NCBI GenBank assembly: GCA_965200315.1
Contig: OZ241362.1
Location: 1,312,001-1,376,000, forward strand
Reading direction: 5' to 3'
Length of the DNA stretch: 64,000 bases
Origin: Candidatus Latescibacterota bacterium
GTDB taxonomy: Bacteria > Latescibacterota > UBA2968 > UBA8231
Below, piece by piece: positions 60,801 to 64,000 of the stretch (position 1 is the stretch's first letter; each line of letters starts with the position of its first letter). Made by a program: the position numbers and the translations under genes. Under the pieces are notes generated by a model that ran no database searches, was not told the DNA's origin, and worked only from the letters and a program-made list of their open reading frames with translations.

Positions 60801-60807
60801 ACAGCAT
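57802..60807 (-). CDS. Uncharacterised ~1000-aa predicted outer-membrane protein with Asp-rich repeats (paralog B)
   Basis: Signal peptide ending ADA; collinear with paralog A; C-terminal 'LFVELISPF'. Confidence 0.7.
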   Translation of the reverse strand: MLCFLKCRVVERWVVLSALVCAGLSAPADAQRHPESGGPLPYYNPAPGTPQDPPWKKRPPFLRGPQDRYDRGLGRAFLNTAVSVPYLNYAAEKYISYYRETVAWATPSGRTLRTRNVGWDRIGNYMGGGYRRLLTIEESRSGNDFSGASYIDHKYRSFRVGHYTHKDLHWIATLGNVGSPGGGTDVRTIFTPLTLVNSKLNVLRMDINYKERDRATLLYSRGGDHSGTQLFSKWAFGQEGDDAWDNSPVLLFGGHYQHEVGRFASIGGTLINQIMAAPALSRSSAWRGDLPYEMLGPKTIRVFVADDSPEDAQANAIVYGVDIVLEGERNTEPVRLTSLDDDPDYDPLLEAGPPEGGAVHTGGGREAEGKVPVVYTFVLPPDVTVRSARFVADVAGDYRVGVSQTHDFFNIDRRGNAAITESAWPAPIASAGERAIRRPFKWYTDEDEDLYYTVVRSDGSDGTGANRQLISFDYGIPTGQSLASINYQVDLVGLDLSGEVAHNLQNFMFPIGNNEGQRSSERAFAWWVKGVKDLAAGLSLGGEIYRMEPDYGGGYDSYRGGMAFHYDGQPAPGERITTVTEEFPIHEDNDDHDTLPDSHSDDTATAEPRSLYPGNPGAQVYPGLDENVDNIPDMDRNENFIVDWEEAFLTYDSEPPEFAYGIDFNNNNVPDFRENDDKPDYPYPRDQKGQHIFIRYDRLGRLGKFITLGRYDNSQIAGPGKSEALYFRYAYSVEKRGVGQLKINYDAKQVKDDIPDHTYVYRVPIDDVEVINWFNEPDGPPERAGFWRPATPDELLMRDSFVQLLFLDSTYKGFSGFNIENGFLWQRNSQAEIELEDGSGLLQPEDVRSRFSIVNKIDYTRSWGAFSVTPKLKHRTIFEQVDSEDAPRKSYSDFIPIVMGEYKLTPKTSFQLGIQGLPLLPFKHWDRASEDGTYSQIGAYSQTGTYSQTDYLAMLSITADYFGIRDNSIFFGYQRTRRDYSHAGRPDSKQGILFVELISPF
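57961..58014. repeat. 3 x 18-bp in-frame tandem repeat (GTYSQI/GAYSQT/GTYSQT)
   Basis: ggtctggctatacgtccc / ggtctggctgtacgcccc / gatttggctgtacgtccc. Confidence 0.8.
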
Positions 60808-60885
60808 GAAAACCCCTCGCGGGTCATATTAAAGCGGGCGAAAAACATATATTTGCCAAAGCTCGCGCTCGCGGGTCGGGTCAAG

Positions 60886-60928
60886 AAAAAAAAACGGGAA
60901 GCAGGCGTCAAGCCCACTTCCCGTTTTT
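60886..60928 (-). terminator. Intrinsic terminator after the CBM9-like gene
   Basis: Minus strand CGGGAAG-TGGGC-TTGAC-GCCTG-CTTCCCG followed by T9. Confidence 0.85.
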
Positions 60929-60953
60929 GTATAACCTATCCAAAAGTCATTGA

Positions 60954-61901
60954 CTATTGGACGAAGGTCTCCTTTACGCGGCCCCAAGAATCTTCTTCGA
61001 CCGCGGTCCCTGACGGACCAGCCGGCGTATCCACAAAGACATAGTTGGCGAACTCGGACATGTTGCCGCCCGCCCAGGCCACGCATTGAATCTGACCACC
61101 GTAGGCATCTTCGCCATCGGGATCAATCGGCAACCAAGCAAAGCCCATCTCAGAGCCAGTCGTAGGGGCTTCAAAGAGGTTACCGTTGCGCAGGAAGGTC
61201 TCCCACGGCAACTTGCCTTCAATCACGTAGTCCGCATCCCCCTCGTCGCCAAACTCGTCGCCGGCGTCGCGGAAGCCGTACTCAAACCCCTCAAGCGCAT
61301 CGGGATCGTGAACATCCACGCGCGCCATATCCACGGTGGTGATTAAGCAGACAGACCACTCGTGAGAACCAAAAGGCAGGGCCATGAAGTTGACGACATT
61401 TAGGTTGACGAACTCTTGGGTTGGGTCGCCTCCTGGGTGATCGTCATTGTTCAGGTCGAGGTAAAGAGACACGGAGTCGCGTTCCCACCAAGCCCGAGCC
61501 TCACCACCCCCCTCGGTGTCGCGGATGTTATCGCTGATCTCGGCGATGTAGTACAGGGCTTCGTCATCCCAAGCCTGCAAGATCGTCGATTCAAAATCGG
61601 CGTTAGTGCGCCCCTCGCCCGCGACTTCGGTCTCGCCGTTTTCGCTGAGCTGGTTAGCGCTTACTTCGCTGGACCCCTGCTCTTGATTCCGCCAGCCAAA
61701 CTCTTGGCCATCGAGCTGGATTTGGTCTGGCGAGCAGGGAAATTCCAGCGCACCAGCCCACTCGTCAGCAACGGTTGCGCGGTCGCCGTCAAGCGTGGGG
61801 GCTTGAGTAAATTTGGGCAAGTCAAAGTAGCGCACGGGTGGCTGGGCATTGGCCAGCGTGGTAAAGCAAAAGGCCGCGGCCAAAAGGGTCAACTTCTTCA
61901 T
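60954..61901 (-). CDS. Secreted CBM9/DOMON-like sugar-binding protein with C-terminal 'TAVEEDSWGRVK' tail
   Basis: Signal peptide ending ANA; 'APTLDGD..EW', 'AWDDEALY....I.D', 'W..DSV.LYLD', 'YVIE..LPW'; RBS AAGGAG. Confidence 0.75.
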   Translation of the reverse strand: MKKLTLLAAAFCFTTLANAQPPVRYFDLPKFTQAPTLDGDRATVADEWAGALEFPCSPDQIQLDGQEFGWRNQEQGSSEVSANQLSENGETEVAGEGRTNADFESTILQAWDDEALYYIAEISDNIRDTEGGGEARAWWERDSVSLYLDLNNDDHPGGDPTQEFVNLNVVNFMALPFGSHEWSVCLITTVDMARVDVHDPDALEGFEYGFRDAGDEFGDEGDADYVIEGKLPWETFLRNGNLFEAPTTGSEMGFAWLPIDPDGEDAYGGQIQCVAWAGGNMSEFANYVFVDTPAGPSGTAVEEDSWGRVKETFVQ

Positions 61902-61955
61902 TACTGCATCTCCTTAGCTGTGAGAAGTGGACGAAAGACTTTGAATGAAGGATTC

Positions 61956-61984
61956 ATAATAAATGCCCGCCAAAAGGTTGTCAA
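61956..61984 (-). promoter_or_regulatory. Near-consensus sigma70 promoter at the head of the envelope operon
   Basis: TTGACA-17 nt-TATTAT. Confidence 0.7.
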
Positions 61985-62074
61985 GAAAAAGTTGCCCTAC
62001 GAGATCATTCAAATTATATCATTAGCTCAATGTAAAAACAGGTCTTCCACCGCGAGCGCACATCCTTAAATTCC

Positions 62075-63103
62075 GTGAAATATCTCTTCCTCATTGGATT
62101 GGCCGCCATCCTCTTTGGCAGCCAGTCGGCCAACGCCCAGCCGCATATCTACACTATCGGCTTGGTCTTTACCGATCTCGTTGATCAAGAAGTACTACCC
62201 GTCCACCTCGCCGAGCAACATCCCCGCCTGATGCGAGCAATCGAGCGAGCGATCAGAGACATCTTTGCCGACTTGGGCCGCTTTCGCGCCGTGCGCTTGC
62301 GGAGCATCCGCGAGGCCCGCGATCTCACAGGGCAAGAATCCATCGACTACATCGCCCACTTAATCCTCAATAAAGCCCATAAAACATATCACAACCAAGT
62401 TATTCATTACTACGAGAATTCGGGTCTATTCGACGACGGAGGGCCTAGCGGAGACCAGTCTTACGAGGTGATTTCACTGCCTTCTATCGTCGGTCAACTC
62501 GAAGTCAAGCTAGTGGATCCGCGCCGAGACAAAATTTTCTGGTCGGACTTGCGCGACTCCTCAGCCGTGATACCTTATGACCAACAGCTATTCCTTTATA
62601 ATACTTGGAAGTATCCAGGCGCGTCACATCCCGGTTTGGTGCGCGCTTTTTTAGCCGATCTTCTCCGTTTGCAAATGGCCGATCCTGCTACAGAACGCGT
62701 ACTGAACGTCGCCGAGCGCTGGTTCGTCTCCAAGCCCAGCAGCGACCTCGCCGTTGCCCAAGGGGTGTTAAAGGGGCTGGCGGACAATCTAGCACCCGAC
62801 TTAGACGCAAATTTGCCCCTAGAGGGACGTATCGCAGCTCTTTTGCCCGAACGGAAGGGCAAACCCCACGTCCAGCTAAACATCGGTGTTCGGCACGGCT
62901 TGACGAAACGAATGCGGTTCGATGTGTGGCGGCCTAGGCCATCGCAGCAGAAAGTGGGGCAAATAGAAGTGGTTGACGTGGATTCCACCACGGCCATCGC
63001 TCGGCTGCGAAAACTCGACAAGAAGCTCAAAAAACGCGGAGATGGCCTACAGCTCCAAGACCGGGTCATCTCCCCCAAACGCCCTTCGAGGAGGTCACTA
63101 TGA
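62075..63103 (+). CDS. Secreted hypothetical protein, FlgT C-terminal-like domain
   Basis: Signal peptide ending ANA; C-terminal 'V.LNIG...GL....RFDV.R....VGQIEV..V....AIA'. Confidence 0.55.
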   Translation: MKYLFLIGLAAILFGSQSANAQPHIYTIGLVFTDLVDQEVLPVHLAEQHPRLMRAIERAIRDIFADLGRFRAVRLRSIREARDLTGQESIDYIAHLILNKAHKTYHNQVIHYYENSGLFDDGGPSGDQSYEVISLPSIVGQLEVKLVDPRRDKIFWSDLRDSSAVIPYDQQLFLYNTWKYPGASHPGLVRAFLADLLRLQMADPATERVLNVAERWFVSKPSSDLAVAQGVLKGLADNLAPDLDANLPLEGRIAALLPERKGKPHVQLNIGVRHGLTKRMRFDVWRPRPSQQKVGQIEVVDVDSTTAIARLRKLDKKLKKRGDGLQLQDRVISPKRPSRRSL

Positions 63104-64000
63104 GTGAGAAATGGGTCTCCACACGCTTTGCTTCACCCACTCAGGATTTCGATCTCGACAGTCTGGTCCGTCGCCTGCGCCGGGGCTTTTTTATAGCCCT
63201 AGGCTCTGCGGTGGCCCTCCTGCTTGTCGTCGTTGCGATCAATCCCTTTCAGGAAGCCGAGAAGAAGGCACCACGCCCCCTGACGACCAAGTTCATCAAG
63301 CGCGAGCCACGCCTGACCAAACCGCTGGAGCTGCGCAAAATTCCCCAGCCCAAGCGCCAGCTCGCACGCCGCGAAGTCCAGCTAGCGCAAGCGCGCATGG
63401 ACCAAGTACAGGCCACGGCCTCGTTCAACACCCGCAGCCTCATCGCCGGTGTCAGCGGCTCGGGAATTCACCTGTCCGGCCAGTCTGCTTTCAGCCCGAC
63501 GAGCACGATGACCATAGAGCCTAAGCTGACGGCAGCGGCCGTGACCAGCACCCGCACCTCCGAGCACAAAATCGACATGGGGCTGGAGATGCTCGACGTC
63601 AACAACATGGACACCGGTCGCTACCGCGCCATTATCGTCCAAGATGCCACGGACAAGCAGGCCATCAAGGGCTTTGTCAAGCTGGCCTCAGTCGTGTCCG
63701 GGCGGGCATTAGCCGGTAACGCTGGGCTCAATGTCAAAACCCTTGATCGGCTGCGCGATGTGATCAACGAATACACCGGCCTCAAGGCCGAATTCCTCGG
63801 CCGCGTCACGTTCGACGACCCGCGTCTGATGGAAATACCCATCATCCTACCGTACGGCTCGCCCAACGAGACCGAAATGGCCAACTACGCCCAGTACCTA
63901 ATCTCGGGTGGCTTTACGTTTAGCGGGCTCCACGGCGAAGCACTGGAAAAGTACGGCGGGCTAGTCCGCGGCAAGGACTTCTGGTCCGAGCGGCTGCCGG
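63100..64000 (+). CDS. Membrane-anchored protein, DUF4159-like (3' end outside the window; not in the ORF track)
   Basis: ATGA overlap and GGAGG RBS; open to the window end: MSEKWVSTRF...TM helix...'KPLELRKIP.PKR'...'DTGRYRAIIVQD..DKQ.IKGF'...'L...INEYTGLKA...TFDDPRL.E.P'...'YL.SGGF'. Confidence 0.65.
   Translation, partial: MSEKWVSTRFASPTQDFDLDSLVRRLRRGFFIALGSAVALLLVVVAINPFQEAEKKAPRPLTTKFIKREPRLTKPLELRKIPQPKRQLARREVQLAQARMDQVQATASFNTRSLIAGVSGSGIHLSGQSAFSPTSTMTIEPKLTAAAVTSTRTSEHKIDMGLEMLDVNNMDTGRYRAIIVQDATDKQAIKGFVKLASVVSGRALAGNAGLNVKTLDRLRDVINEYTGLKAEFLGRVTFDDPRLMEIPIILPYGSPNETEMANYAQYLISGGFTFSGLHGEALEKYGGLVRGKDFWSERLP

Overview
GC-rich bacterial window, most genes on the minus strand. The gene content (three PhyH dioxygenases, NHL/TPR/L-domain proteins, FlgD-type C-terminal domains, a C-terminal 'TAVEExxWGxVK' tail, a DUF4159-like gene) suggests an uncultured FCB-group lineage such as Latescibacterota; this is an inference. 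In order: (1) 0.6-11.8 kb, a sugar ABC/oxidoreductase/PhyH catabolic cluster with a divergent secreted galM; (2) 12.1-20.0 kb, a complete cobalamin-riboswitch-controlled B12 salvage operon; (3) 20.3-26.5 kb, housekeeping carbon genes (glycogen debranching enzyme, acs, SDR, PMI); (4) 26.7-30.3 kb, a collapsed defence islet where only a Type III methyltransferase is intact; (5) 30.4-61.9 kb, a ~31 kb cell-envelope locus I cannot match to a characterised system. That locus has a secreted CBM9-like protein with its own promoter and terminator, two paralogous ~1000-aa Asp-rich predicted outer-membrane proteins, two paralogous lipoproteins, a PorV-like barrel, a 1090-aa TPR protein, ExbB plus two ExbD (one with Asn at the essential Asp), a PPIase, two OPT-like membrane proteins and an M28-like/FtsX fusion with a rewired metal site. 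It is the best candidate for an undescribed system. Several solitary toxin-antitoxin fragments sit between genes. No rRNA, tRNA, CRISPR array or intact transposase was seen. All family calls come from reading motifs by eye, not from database searches.
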